Of a stretch of DNA of 64,000 nt, positions 11,628 to 23,972 are shown in pieces. The translations under genes and the position numbers were made by a program. The notes below the pieces were generated by a model. It worked only from the letters and a program-made list of their open reading frames with translations, did not search any database and was not told the origin of the DNA. The DNA is from Eledone cirrhosa (lineage: Eukaryota). Within the stretch, counting starts at the first letter, position 1; each line of letters opens with the position of its first letter. The stretch covers positions 262,074,001 through 262,138,000 of the forward strand of contig OZ024743.1 in assembly GCA_964016885.1 (NCBI GenBank), given 5' to 3'.

Positions 11628-13245
11628 TCTTCTGGTTTTGTAATTTCACAAATTTTTGCCAATAGAGAGAGAGAGTTGGTTTCTAACATAGATACAAGAC
11701 TAGGTAGCTATGTCTGCATACATGCATGTGTGTGCAGGTATGGATGTTATTGTATGTGTGGATGTGTATGTTTTGAGTTGTATGTGTGCATGTGCATATG
11801 CTTTGCATATGTACATGTGTATATGCAGTTATTAGATGCAGAATTTTTGGAATGTTTTACATATTTTTACTGTTCCATTTATGGATTGTACTTGTAATTT
11901 CCTAACTAGTCGTGTTCTTTCTGTTCCTGTGAAGCCGAGCTTCTCAAGATTTGTATTGAGGCAGTTCCTAACAAACCCCGGTGCCCCAATAATCACAGGC
12001 ATAAATCTGAAGGTATAATCAGGGTGGAGTATCTGCAGATTTCTCGTTAGTTCTGCATAAATATTCTCCTTTTCGCTAATCTTTGATATTATATTGGCAT
12101 CTGCTGGGCAGCTAACTCCACTACTGAGCATGCCTTCTTTTCCCTGTCCCATATCATTCTATCTGGTCTGTTATGCCTGCATTTTATTGAGGTTTTTACT
12201 GGAACATTCCACTAGTACTCTTTCATATTATGTATATGGATGTCTTCCACATTGCTGTAGCTTTTAATCTGTTTATTATCGGAGCTATCTTTTCTACGGA
12301 TTAAATTGTACAGTGTTTTGGCCACTACATCATGTCTCATAGGTAGATAGTACCGCGATGGCATCTTTGGACTGCTGCTTATGACATGGGTGACATCTTC
12401 GATGTTAATTCTGCAGAGTTTGCACTTGTCACATCTAGGTGTTTTGCCTGCATCCCTATCTCTTTTGTGAATCAGGTATTTTGTGTTGATTTCCTGTTCT
12501 TCGGTTGCAAAAGTGTATCCTTCAAAGTGGGAACCAATATAGCAGTTGTTGGTCCAAGATAGACTACTTTGTTTATCTATATTACTCTCACTCTGGAGCT
12601 TCCTGGCAACATATCCATGCATGATTTTTTGTTGATAAGCATGCAGTTTTTCATCCATGGATTCACTGTGGTACTGTTAGGCAACTTCCCTGGGTTTTTG
12701 ATTATCACGCAGGGAATATCTCTCGAGGAGTTCCTACCCAACTCTCATGCAGATAGACTTGTTCGATAGACAGGATCCTATGCTTCGAGGTTCGTAAATG
12801 TTGTTGGAGGCATATGATGCGACATTCAAATGCTGTCTGGACTGATGTTAGGCCTCTGCCTCCCTGCTTACATTTCAAGTAGAAGCGGTCTATGTCACTG
12901 TTGATGAGGAAGTTTCCGGTGTTGTTCAGTATTTTTGAGACCTAACATCAATTGCTTGGATTTCGTCTAACGTCCTATTGAGTATTCCAAACGTTGGTGT
13001 TAGGGCAGGCACAGCAAACACATTGTGAGCCACTGTTTTATTGTGCGCAGAGAGTTCCAATGACCATATTTTTCTTAATCGGGTGTAATATTCCTTGGTT
13101 ACGCGCTTATTGCAGATACCATTATAGGATATGTTCTCATCTAACTCCAGGTATCTAGCAGTCCTCATCAGATATCGGTGAAACAGTTAGGCCATTGATA
13201 CAAATGTTGTTAGATTGGGTTGTAGTTTTTCCCCGCTTTACAGTC
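11628..13245 (-). mobile_element. R4/Dong-type non-LTR retrotransposon, 5'-truncated and degraded
   Basis: RT thumb (YLEL...EYYTRLRKIWSLELSA.NK), zinc knuckle CKLC...EDVTHVIS, RHDVVAK and RLE VSCPAD.NI..K..EKENIY...PVIIGA. Confidence 0.85.
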
Positions 13246-13289
13246 ATATATGTATGTATGTATGTTTGTATGTACATATGTATTAGGCC

Positions 13290-14243
13290 GTCAAGTGATG
13301 GGCACAGAGCAATGAACCACCCTGAAGTTTCTTGGTCTGGCTAGGGAAAACTCTGTCAGGAGCTCTTGGAATACTGAAGCAAGTGTACAGAGATGTGACA
13401 ATACCACACTAATGGGATTTTGAGTGGCACAAAAGGTTTAAAGAGGGATGTGAGGATGGGAAAGATGACCCCCAAGAGTAGAACTGACTGATCGCAAATG
13501 AGCTGGGCATGAACTTGACAGTGTATAGAAGATTATCACCAAAGATTTGGGCATGCGGAAGATCTGCACGAAGATGGTGCCAAAGATGACTAGAAAGTGC
13601 GGCGCATACAGGTGTGTCAGGACATCCTCAAGCATCTTGAAACTAAACCACTTACTGAAGAAATCGTCACTGTTGATGAGTCATTGATCTTCGAGTACAA
13701 CATGGAGTCCAAGTGCCAGAGCCTTCAGTGGATGAGTCTAGAATCACTGAGGCCAAAGAAAGCAAGACAGTCGAAGTCCAAAGTCAAACTCATGTTGATC
13801 GCATTCTTCGATGTGAGGGTCATCCTCCACATAGAGTTCTTGCCACAGAGACCAGATGATCAACCGGCCTGTCTACAAAGAGATCCTGTGGCATTTCCTT
13901 CATTCAGTGCTTCACCCCGACAATACCCTAAGCAATCGGAAATTCCTGGAACATCCTTGCTACTCACCCGACCTAGCTCCGTGTGATTTTTTTCCTTTTC
14001 TCCAAGTTCAATGGGATCATTATCAAGGATACCTGTTTTCCTGATGTGGAAGCCATCAAAAGGGGTGTGATGACAGAACTGCAGAGAATCCCAGGAGAAT
14101 CCTTCCAGGAGCACATGGAGGTGTGGTGGAGAAGGATGGGAAAGTACATTAGACACGAAGAGAAAAACTTATAGTTTGTAGTGTGGATTTGAAATATTTT
14201 CTTTTGTGACCCCTGTCCTGTTTCTTTTCTGACTCACCATTTA
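13290..14243 (+). mobile_element. Mariner transposon remnant with internal deletions
   Basis: KICTKMVPK, IVTVDESLIFEY..ESKCQSLQW...PKKARQSKSKVKLMLIAFFD and HPCYSPDLAPCDFF; 3' TIR-like end at about 14215-14243. Confidence 0.85.
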
Positions 14244-14372
14244 AGTATATATACCATTTAAGTTAGTTTGATTACCAATGGGTAGAACTGGTGGTTCTGG
14301 TTGGTAAACGATAATGCAAAAATTAATTGAAGCACTCAACATTATGCAAGTTATCCATTGATAACTTGCATA
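14240..14372. repeat. Short segment capped by a perfect 13-bp hairpin abutting (TA)n
   Basis: TATGCAAGTTATC catt GATAACTTGCATA at 14343-14372. Confidence 0.6.
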
Positions 14373-14402
14373 TATATGTATGTATCCAGTGGTTGGCACA
14401 GG

Positions 14403-14456
<54 letters not shown>

Positions 14457-14457
14457 T

Positions 14458-15480
14458 GTGAAACGTTAGTGCCCAGTGGCTGAGTCCATGCTATTTCAAT
14501 GACAAGTGGATAACTGAATTATCTGTTCGTTTTCAGCTATTCCCATGCACTGTTTCTTCCAGGGCAGGGCAGTGTGAGGTAAGCGGAGAAAAAGGTGTAG
14601 TGTGGGGTGGAGAGAGAAGTTACAGAATGAACTATTGGGGTGAGTGCAATACACCCATACAACATAGCCTCAACACCTCAACAAGACACAGCCACACACT
14701 AAAAGTAATAAACTACACCCTCCATAACCACAACAACAACACAAACATGCTCATGAAAATAAAAGAAAAGGAGAGGGAAGGTAAGTAAGGGAGACGGAGA
14801 GGGTGTAGAGGAAAACAGGAAGAGATGATACTACCTTGAATTCGCCCCCACATCAGAATCTCCTGACCACTGCAGCATCATCATTGTAACAGTATCTTTT
14901 GTTCCTTCCCCAATTGTAGCCATATCTGCTGCACCCATTGACCATCATATAGCGAACACACAATTACACAAGTACTCACACACACAGATGAACGCACACA
15001 TGCATATCTACACGCAGACATGCCTAGCACTGACCTTGAGAGGGACACCTGGGCACCACACAGCCAAGCCACACACACACACATACACAGGCACCAACTA
15101 AAAGGGTAAATAATATATAAATCAAAGCTCCAGGAGCACGTCTATGCACATGGACACAGACATTGCAACTTTCCCTTCATCACTATGAAACAACTGGCCA
15201 AAGCTCCCTTATCAATATTTCACTCTGTAACTTTCCCTCTCTTCACCCAACTATACTCTTTTTTCCTCTTACACCACATCTCCTTGCTCCTAAAGAAACA
15301 GTGTATACAAATAGATGAAAGTGAACAGATAATTCAGTTGTCCACTTGCCGTTGAAATGGTGTGAGCTCAGCAAACTGGGCACTAACTTTTCGCTATACA
15401 TACACTCTATTTTCCCAAGTATTGAGTACTTAACTGAATATGATCTTACTAATCTAAACTGGTAACTTACAATCTCTCTC
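14458..15480 (+). mobile_element. Old fold-back element with about 190-bp inverted arms between (TA)n tracts
   Basis: 14458-14645 is an inverted, diverged copy of 15205-15394; the tail at about 15370-15430 is homologous to about 61545-61607. Confidence 0.7.
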
Positions 15481-15709
15481 TCCCTCTCTATATATACATG
15501 TATGTATACTGTACACACACATGTATGTGTGTACAGTATACATACATGTATGTGTGTGTGTGTATGCTGGATATCCTTAAAGAAAAGGTCAAGGAAAAAT
15601 GCTTAATCTAGTAAAAGAGAGGTTATTTAGTTTGCATTAATGTCCATACACTTACATGTGTATGTGATCTAACATCACGCATACACGCTAAGTGTTTAAA
15701 CTATAAATA

Positions 15710-17225
15710 TCGGGTGTACCAGCAAAATTGTCCAAATTTTAGATTCAACTTCGAACTGATGTATCTCAGGAATGCTTAAGGATCACATAATAGAATTGTT
15801 AGGGGATTTTCTAACACTATTGGACTTTATTTTGAGCAAGAAAAATGTTGATTACTCTCTAAGCTCACCAGAAGAATTTGTGATGAAGTTGATCATGGAT
15901 GAAAATGACATTTTCATAAATAATTAACCATAACTCAGGATTGGGAGCTCATAAAGGATTGGAATAAAGTTTAAATGGAGGCATCAAGAGCTGATCCTTT
16001 TTTGGCAATGACTTCCTAAACCCTCTTTCTAACTGCACCACAAGCTTTCTTAATGAATTCCTCATCAATGTCCTCTCATATCCTATGGAGGGAGATTTTG
16101 AGTGTTTGCAGGTTACTCTGTGGCTTCTCTCAAGCTTTTCTGACTAGTTCATTCCAGATGCTGAAGTCTAATGGGTTCAAATCATGGAATGAAGGGGGCC
16201 AAGTGTCCTTATCCCAAAACCTGTTTTCAAACTCATCCCTGAGAAAATGTTTAGCCACTGCATTTGTGTGACAAGGAGCTCCATCTTGCTGGAATATAAA
16301 CTTGACGTCCTTAGCGATCTTGTTGGGGTTTCTCTTGACTCTTGCCTCAGGATATTCAGAAAGCATCCAAGGTTTTACATCTTTCAAAGCCTGAACTTAA
16401 CAAACTCCCGTTAGTCTCTCAGCTTTCTCAAACATGATCAATGGCATTTTCTTGACATCAGAGGCCATGCAGGCGAAAATCATCAATTTGGCAGGGTTTT
16501 TGCACCTTAAAATGACATTTTTGTTTCTCTTGTGAGGATCTGAAGCCAGAACATGGCTGTTGCATCTGTCTGTGTGCATATCTTGAGTAAAATGTTTCTC
16601 ATTTGTGTGAAAGATCACTCCAGGATTATGTCTCACCTTATTGAAGATGATTTTTGCCCTCTCCAACCTTCTAACCTTTTGTCCTGGAGCAACGAAGTGC
16701 CTCACAGGTCTCACGTACGATTTCATTTTCAAGTCTTCTGTCACCGCTCTTTGAACTGTCATAGCTAAAACTCCTCTCTCATGTGCCAAGCATCTTATGA
16801 ATTGAGTTGGATCTCTTCTTATTGATCTTTTCAACTCCAGATTGAAATGATGATCCCTCTTGTGGTTATGACTTGATCCAGTTTTCCTCTCCACTATTCC
16901 CTCTTTCTCAAACTTATTCACAATTCTCTTGATGGTTCTTGAATGGAATTTGAAGATGGAAGCCAGAGAATGAATGTTGGTACCATTACTGAAGGCCTGA
17001 ATGACCTTAGCCCGCTCAACATTGCTCAGTTGGGAAGACATGGTGATACTGGCACAAAACGATTTCAGCCTGTTCTCTTTCTAACTAAATATATCAATAG
17101 GTATTTCACTGATTCTTGCAAAATCTGGTGTCAGTATGGCCAGATGTCTCATCTGGAAACATGGATATAGATTAGTTTATTGGTTTTAAGAATTTGTGAG
17201 CATGACAATTTTGCTATTGCACCCA

Positions 17226-17226
<1 letters not shown>
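15710..17226 (-). mobile_element. Tc1/mariner element, maT (DD37D)-like, near full length and frameshifted
   Basis: TIRs of about 23 bp (YYGGGTG..Y.AGCAAAATTGTC) flanked by TA; transposase pieces 16397-17041 (HTH) and 16130-16387 (FQQDGAPCHT...WPPSFHDLNPLDFSIW). Confidence 0.9.
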
Positions 17227-17292
<66 letters not shown>

Positions 17293-17304
17293 TGTATGAT
17301 ATAT

Positions 17305-17745
17305 ATAACCAGTTGATTCAGGTTTATTTAAAACTCTGTTATACATATTTCACTGAGGACTATCAGTTATGATAGCCTGAGTTCTTCAGACGCCAAAACT
17401 TATAAAAACTTGAAAACATTGAAATTTCCTTAAAAAACCCTTTAAATTTGAAAAAGAATTCAATAACTTCCTCAAAAAAGATTTTCTTTTCTTGATACAG
17501 GGGACTGGCTGAACACTAGGTTTTGCCGTCTGAAGAGCTCAGGCTATCATAACTGATAGTCCTCAGTGAAATATGTATAACAGTTTTAAACAAACCTGAA
17601 TCAACTGATTATGGCCTCCGATCTTTTAATAATATATAATGCTCCGGTTTGTGCCATTTATACAGGCTGTATGATGAATATATAGTTGCAGATGAGCGAT
17701 GTTTATCTTAGTTGTTACATTGTAACTTCCTGATTATATCTATAT
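17305..17745 (+). mobile_element. Hammerhead-bearing fold-back element between (TA)n tracts
   Basis: Inverted arms at 17305-17402 and 17517-17612, each holding a full hammerhead motif; a tail runs to TA-rich repeats at about 17745. Confidence 0.75.
17525..17584 (+). ncRNA. Type I hammerhead ribozyme motif (inverted twin at about 17335-17394, minus strand)
   Basis: GCCGU-CUGAAGA-GCUCAGGCUAUC(auaacu)GAUAGUCCUCAGU-GAA-AUAUGUAU-A-ACAGU. Confidence 0.7.
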
Positions 17746-18334
17746 ATCTATATCTATATATATGCCACCTTCAGCAACAAATATCTTAACTCTAAATTTC
17801 AAAACCAAATCTTGCTTTAGTTCATATTTAAAACTTTATGAGAAAAAACCCCAACAAACAAATGGAAAATAAGGAAGTAGCTATAAATTCTTGAACTGAG
17901 TAAAAATATTTGGTTGTTTGTTAAGGAATTAGTTGTCAATTTAGTCAGCTTTTATACCAAAATCTAATTCTTACTACCAGTGGAAACGCTAACACCTGTC
18001 AAAACAGAGCCTTCATTTTTCTCTTTCTTTTTTAGTTTCTTATTCCTGTACCCAAGTTTTTTACTGTGTCAGTTTTTTTTTTGTTATCATTATTCTGCAG
18101 TCTGAATGTATTGGTATCACACAAACTAATTCTGATTCATTAAATCATTCTTTTTTCAATCCTTTTTTTTTCTGTAATTTTACTTTCCATCCTCTGCTGC
18201 TATTCAGTTTTTCTTCCTTTCTTTTACTCTTATCTGTCTATGTCTAGAAACATTCTAGATTTCTATCTAAGTTTTGTTGTGTAAGATAGTTTGGATTTCC
18301 GGACCATGGTTTTTTTAACTGCTTATCCATAGAT

Positions 18335-18685
18335 TGGATGGGACTCTATCTTCAGCCCCATCATATCATTTGATGGAACTCTATCTTCAGCTCCATCATA
18401 ACATCTGATGGGACTTTATCTCTTGCTCCATCACAACATTTGATGAGACTGTATCTTCTGCCTCTTCATAACATCATGAAGTACTCTATCTTCAGCCCCA
18501 TTATAACATCTGATGGGACTGTATCTCCTACCTTATCATAACATCTGATAGGACTCTATCTTTAGCCCTATCATAACATCTGATGGGACTCTCTCTTTAG
18601 CCCCATCATAACATCTGATGGGACTCTCTCTTTAGCCCCATCATAACATCTGATGGGACACTTTCTCCTGTTCCATCATGATATC
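18335..18685. repeat. 35-bp minisatellite, about 10 copies, each with an internal TGATGGG/CCCATCA hairpin
   Basis: Unit CATCTGATGGGACTCTATCTTCAGCCCCATCATAA. Confidence 0.9.
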
Positions 18686-19041
18686 TGTACCTTTGAGGCA
18701 AAAGATATTCATCTGGTTTAACCCTTTTGATGTCAAGCAGCCTGAAATCACCCTTAGATTTATAATGCAAACCTGTTTGTTTCAAAGTGTTTATATTTAT
18801 CTAAAATCTTCCATTATAATTTGTGTCAGAATCTTTGTTGTGTTATGTTCCAAACACCAACATAATGAGAAAGTCCATTATATTACTAAACCTCTGCAAA
18901 TTCTTGGTTATTTTCAAAAGGATTTGCAGTGCATTTCATTAGAAATATAGTAATAATTTAAATATTGACCATTTTGCTGCATATGAGTCTGCTTTGCTTC
19001 AATATTTGTGTGAGGTATGTGGTCTGAAGTTAATGCTTTAT

Positions 19042-19176
19042 CTTTCCTTCCATCAATTTCTGAGGCTCTGAAAAATGTCATGGATACTGATCTTCCTACC
19101 TTTCCTTCCATCAATTTCTGAGGCTCTGAAAAATGTCATGGCTACTGATCTTCCTACCTTTCCTTCCATCAATTTC
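19042..19176. repeat. 58-bp tandem duplication (2.3 copies)
   Basis: CTTTCCTTCCATCAATTTC starts at 19042, 19100 and 19158. Confidence 0.9.
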
Positions 19177-20159
19177 AGCAATTGAAAACATTGTCTATGC
19201 AATATAAGATATGACAGAATTCCCTGCTGTTTATTTATCTCTTGTAGAGTTTTTTAATTATTTAGTTAGAGAGTGAAGGACAGTACCCATGACCTTTTTC
19301 AGGGACCCGTAAAAATGGTAGAAGGGAGGGAGGTTCTTTTATTGTGTAGTCAAGGACTAATGTCTATTTTCAACCCTCCACAAAAAAAAAAAAAATGTGG
19401 GAGTGAGGGAGTCTTTCTATATTATTTATTCAAGAAAGGAAGAACAGTACTGGTGACCATTTTCATTGATCCCTAAAACTGGTAGGAGGGAAGGAGGATT
19501 GTATCCTCAAACCAGAGACCTGATATAAATGTTTAGTGCAGAATGGTGTCCATTAAAGGCACCCAAAGACCGGGGGGGGGGGGGGCAATGGGTGTGAAAC
19601 CAGGCAATCAACAAAGTCTACTACATAAGTAGGCCATGACAGTATTTGAACTCAAAACATAGAACTGTAACAAATACAGCAAAGTATCCTACCCAATATT
19701 CTAACGACTCCACCAGTCCACCACCCTAGACTTCTATTGGTTTACTTCTGGCACAGAACTCTGTTGAACATGTTACTTTATAGTCAGTTTAGTAGCCAAC
19801 TGTTACCATTTTTGCCTTTGGGTAAGTTAGACAGAAAAGTTCACTACCATCATCACTGTTACCACTACCACTGTTACCACCGCCACTGTTACCACCACCA
19901 CAACCACCACTACCACCACCATCATTGCTATCACCACCACAACCATCACCATCACATTACTACCACCACAACCACAACCACCATTAACATCACCACCACC
20001 ATTATTACCACCTCTACCACTACTACTACCATCACCACCACCACAGTTTCTTGTTCTCTGATGTCTTTTCTAAATGCCTGAGTATTTGTGTTTGGATAAA
20101 TGGTGATAAATCGAAACCATTCAATGGGGGTGCATACTGTCACCTCTCCTGTTTATAAT

Positions 20160-20575
20160 CTTCATGAAGTGGATTGACATGTGCAGTCGAGTTGAAATTT
20201 GCAGATAACATGGTATTACTTAGCTCATCAGAAGGTGATGCATTTGATAGGTTTGATGCTGAGTGCTGCATGGTTGGAATGAAAATAAGTGCTGCAAAGA
20301 CTGAGACACTTGTCCTCCCTAGGAAGCTTGTACAGTGCACTCTACATGTGAGTGGAGTTCCACTGAAGATATGTGGAGAAGTTGAAATATCTCAGAGTCA
20401 TGTTTACAAGTGATGGAAGGCAGGAGGTTGAATTAAGTACCAGAATTGCAGGAGCTGGTGCAGTAATGTGCCAGCTTCAGTATTTGGTAATCAGAAGAAG
20501 GGAGGTAGGTGTTTTAAAGCCAAACTCGCTATCTTCAATTTAGTATTCATGCCAACAGTTCTTTATTGTAGAACC
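20160..20575 (+). mobile_element. RTE-clade (Expander/Rex3-like) RT fragment
   Basis: LKFADNMVLLSSS..AFDRFDAECCMVGMKISAAKTETLVL.RK..CTLHVSG..., then ..FTSDGRQEVELSTRIAGAGAVM. Confidence 0.75.
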
Positions 20576-21619
20576 AGGAATGGTTTCATGCAGTTTGGTG
20601 TCAAAAGTGTTAAATTAATGAAACACATAAACAATTCTTAGCTGCCATCTCTGTCAAAACAACAGCTTCCATGACAATCAATTGAACCTATGATCATTAC
20701 ATAATGTTGGTTAGCATCTTGTGAAAGACATGTATATGTCAGCCATGTCGTGCCTTGTAATCTTTTCATTACCCCTAGAGAATACCATTGATTCTTTGTT
20801 TACATTCGCTGGCTGATAGAGAAGTCTTAAAAAATGACCAGTAATTGGCAAGCCTCACTTTGGTGTAATTGGTAGCATAGCTGTTTGGCATATATCAGGT
20901 GTGAGTTTGATTCCCATTGTCTTCTTTTTCCCTCTCATGGGGCTTCTATGCCTAATTTGTTTCATTATTTTTCAGAGTCTAAAAATCTACATTGAAGCAG
21001 CTTATTTTAAGCTAACAAAATTTGCTGAGGGCTTCTTGAATACGATTCATTCTTTCATGACTATTTTTCTAATGAAAGACACCACTTATGATTTTCAAAT
21101 AATTTTGAATATATCATGGATTTGAAGGGATTTAGTAATATAACTAAATTGGTGTTTAGAGTATAACAACAAAAGTTCTTTCATAAAATTATGAGAAAAG
21201 GTTTATAAAGAAATATAGTTAAACACTTTAAAATAAACAGCTTAATATTGTAAAACCAGGGGTAGTTACAAGTAGTTTGGCATGAAAAAGTTTAACTCTT
21301 TCGTTATTATATTTGTAATCAAAGACAAGGCCTATGACTTTTAAATCATTTTGAAAATAATCAAGAATTTGGAAGGGTTTAGCAAAATAACATTCTCACC
21401 ACTTAATTGGTATTTGGAGCATAACTTAACTATGGTTCTTTGATAGAAAGGTTTTAAAAATAGTTTTGTAAAATAGAACAAAGGGTGGTTTCAGGCTGTT
21501 TAATAAGTAAAGGGTTGACTCTTAATATCCTGTTATCATATAGCAGAAAATATCTAAATTCAAATGTTTATACAATCTTTACTAGTGTACAGATCTTTGT
21601 AAAAAAAGGGTAAAGAGTA

Positions 21620-22075
21620 AAGGCCCTCTTCAGTCATCAAGGACAATGAGTTTTGCACCTAGAAAGTTCCCCTCCAAGGCACAAGCCCATTCAAGGTGTT
21701 TTTTTGTGTTGAAAACCAGCAGTCACCCATAAATACCAATCTCCCCTCTCCACACCACTGATGTCCAAGGTAAAGGCAAAGGCCGATACAGCTGATATTG
21801 CAACCCATTTCTGCAGCTGAGTAAACTGGAGTCAGGGTCTTTGTTCCGGCACCTAAGAGCTAAGAAAGCCCCACAGCAACCATGGAACATCCATTTTGAG
21901 GAAAATCTTTGCCTGCTTCGGGTCCCAAAGGAGTCTTCTACGGCCTTACAATATTTCTCTTGAAGGCCATGACTGAAGTAACACAAAATAAAATGTCTTG
22001 CATTGTCTGAGAATTAAACTCACAGCCTCATGATTAGGAATCTAACTCTCTAGCCACTAAGCCATGCACCTTCTT
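21620..22075 (-). mobile_element. Third tRNA-derived SINE family (inverse copy of 41588-41920)
   Basis: Shares the CCTTGGACA.CAG/TCGGTGG and GTGGCTTAGTGG.TAGAG segments with 41588-41920. Confidence 0.65.
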
Positions 22076-23170
22076 TCATTGTTAATGTAATGCAGTCATA
22101 GCACTGTTTAGTTCTTTTTAACACTGCCTTGCTAATGCAGATTCATGTGGTACATGATGCGAAGAGTTAAATGAAAGAAAAAAAATTGATCCCCCTCACA
22201 TGTTCATGTTTTGTTTTATTTAGTTTTTGATCCCTAGTTGAAATTTAACATTGCTATGAAATTTGTATAAGATCTTCTCACTTCCTAACTAGTTTCTTTT
22301 GCTTTCTTCTCCTTGCCCCTTCATACACTTTCTTTCTCTATTTCTCCCTCATTTTCTCTCTCACCCCTTTTCTCTGTTGACCTACTCTAAAATGTATTAT
22401 TGATCACTTGAATTATTGATTAAATTGATAGATTTTTCTTTTTCTTCTGTCAGTTAGTTACACACATCAGCTTCTGGCTACAGTTTAAAGCTCCCTAAAG
22501 GCAACAAACTGGTGATAGCTTGATTGACTGACTGGTTGATGTATACATACATACACATATATACATACATACATACACACATATACATACCCACATACAT
22601 ACATACATATACATCCATACACACAGTCACACATTCACATACATACAGACATATACATACATACAAAATTTATAACATTATAAAACCAGAAAAACTTACG
22701 TACATACACACATACACACATTCACACATACACATACATAAATATATATATACATACAAACATACATACAGATATGCATACATAAATACATATATATACA
22801 TACATGTAATATATACATATATATATATACAAATTTTAGTACAGCATTAACGAAGCTTTAGGCTGCGGCTAAGCTAATGAATGCAAATTCGGAATGTAGC
22901 GTTAGCACTCGATAGAGAATAATACCCCAGGGTAATAACAATACATTTAGACAGCTTTGCAAATCAAATATAGCGATCGACAATCCCGCCGCATTGCCAT
23001 AGCAACGAAAATGGTTGGACTCAGGAAAAGATTTTAGACTGTATATATATATATATATATATATTACATGTATGTGTGTGTATGAGTGTGTGTGTGTGTT
23101 CAGACCTAATGATCTTGGTAGTCAACAAGAGAAGCAGAACTCAATATTGATAATAGAATAAGTATATATC

Positions 23171-23500
23171 AGTTTAATTATTCATTTTTCTTACAACATT
23201 CCTATGATATTTCAGCAAATTATCAACTTGCTTTGCTGAAACATCAGAGTTATTTTGCAAGAAAATGAATAATTTAACTTAAGAGATGGTAACACGAATG
23301 GACCTGTTATTTTTCTCTAAAACCATTTTTTTCAATTCCACCCTGCCTGTCCATTCAATCTTTCTAATTTCTCACTCTTTCTTCTAATGAAGGACTAACA
23401 TCCGAAACGTTAAGATCCTCTTCCTGCTATTTCAAGTGTTAACCTAATATATTCCTTCCATGTACTATACCGATTGTGTTGTTATTTCTGTTTACCTTTT

Positions 23501-23503
<3 letters not shown>
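23171..23503 (+). mobile_element. Hairpin, minimal hammerhead motif (23380-23415) and conserved tail ending in (CA)n
   Basis: Hairpin 23171-23280; TCTT-CTAATGA-A-GGA(ctaaca)TCC-GAA-ACGT-T-AAGA with a G5A core mutation; tail homologous to 61825-61910 and 42301-42782. Confidence 0.7.
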
Positions 23504-23531
<28 letters not shown>

Positions 23532-23719
23532 TCATCATCATCATCATCATCATCATGTATATATATATATATACACTAGTGCAAACACACTATCTTCAAG
23601 ATAGTGTCTTTGCATTGATATCATTGTATTATATATTCCTATAGTATATATGTAGATGGAAACTGTAACAAGCTGTAGCAAGTAAATGTGAGGATTATCA
23701 ATGGACGTGTTACTGGTAC

Positions 23720-23972
23720 TATGAGGGAGCTTCAAAGGGTTTATGGAAAAAATACATAGCTAAAAATCATATGCACCCGTATGTTCTTGTACTAATGTGT
23801 CATAACATTTTCTAACATGAACCCTTAAATGCATGTTGCAACGTGGTGCTGCCAGTTGGAAATCAGCACCCACTCGAGTAACATGGCTTCCATCAAAACA
23901 TCAAATTCATAGTGAAGCTAGGGTGGAAAATCAGCCTAATCATTGAAGCTCTGGAGCAAGTTTCTGACAAAG
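23720..23972 (+). mobile_element. Hsmar2-like (irritans) mariner 5' fragment
   Basis: TA-TGAGGGAGCTTCAAAGGGTTTATGGAAAA TIR-like start and NIKFIVKLGWKISLIIEALEQV. Confidence 0.7.

Noticed and set aside
14459-14470. GAAACGTTAG as the 3' half of a hammerhead
   Set aside because: It lies antisense to the family tail, is not conserved in the other arm (GAAAAGTTAG) and has no 5' core.
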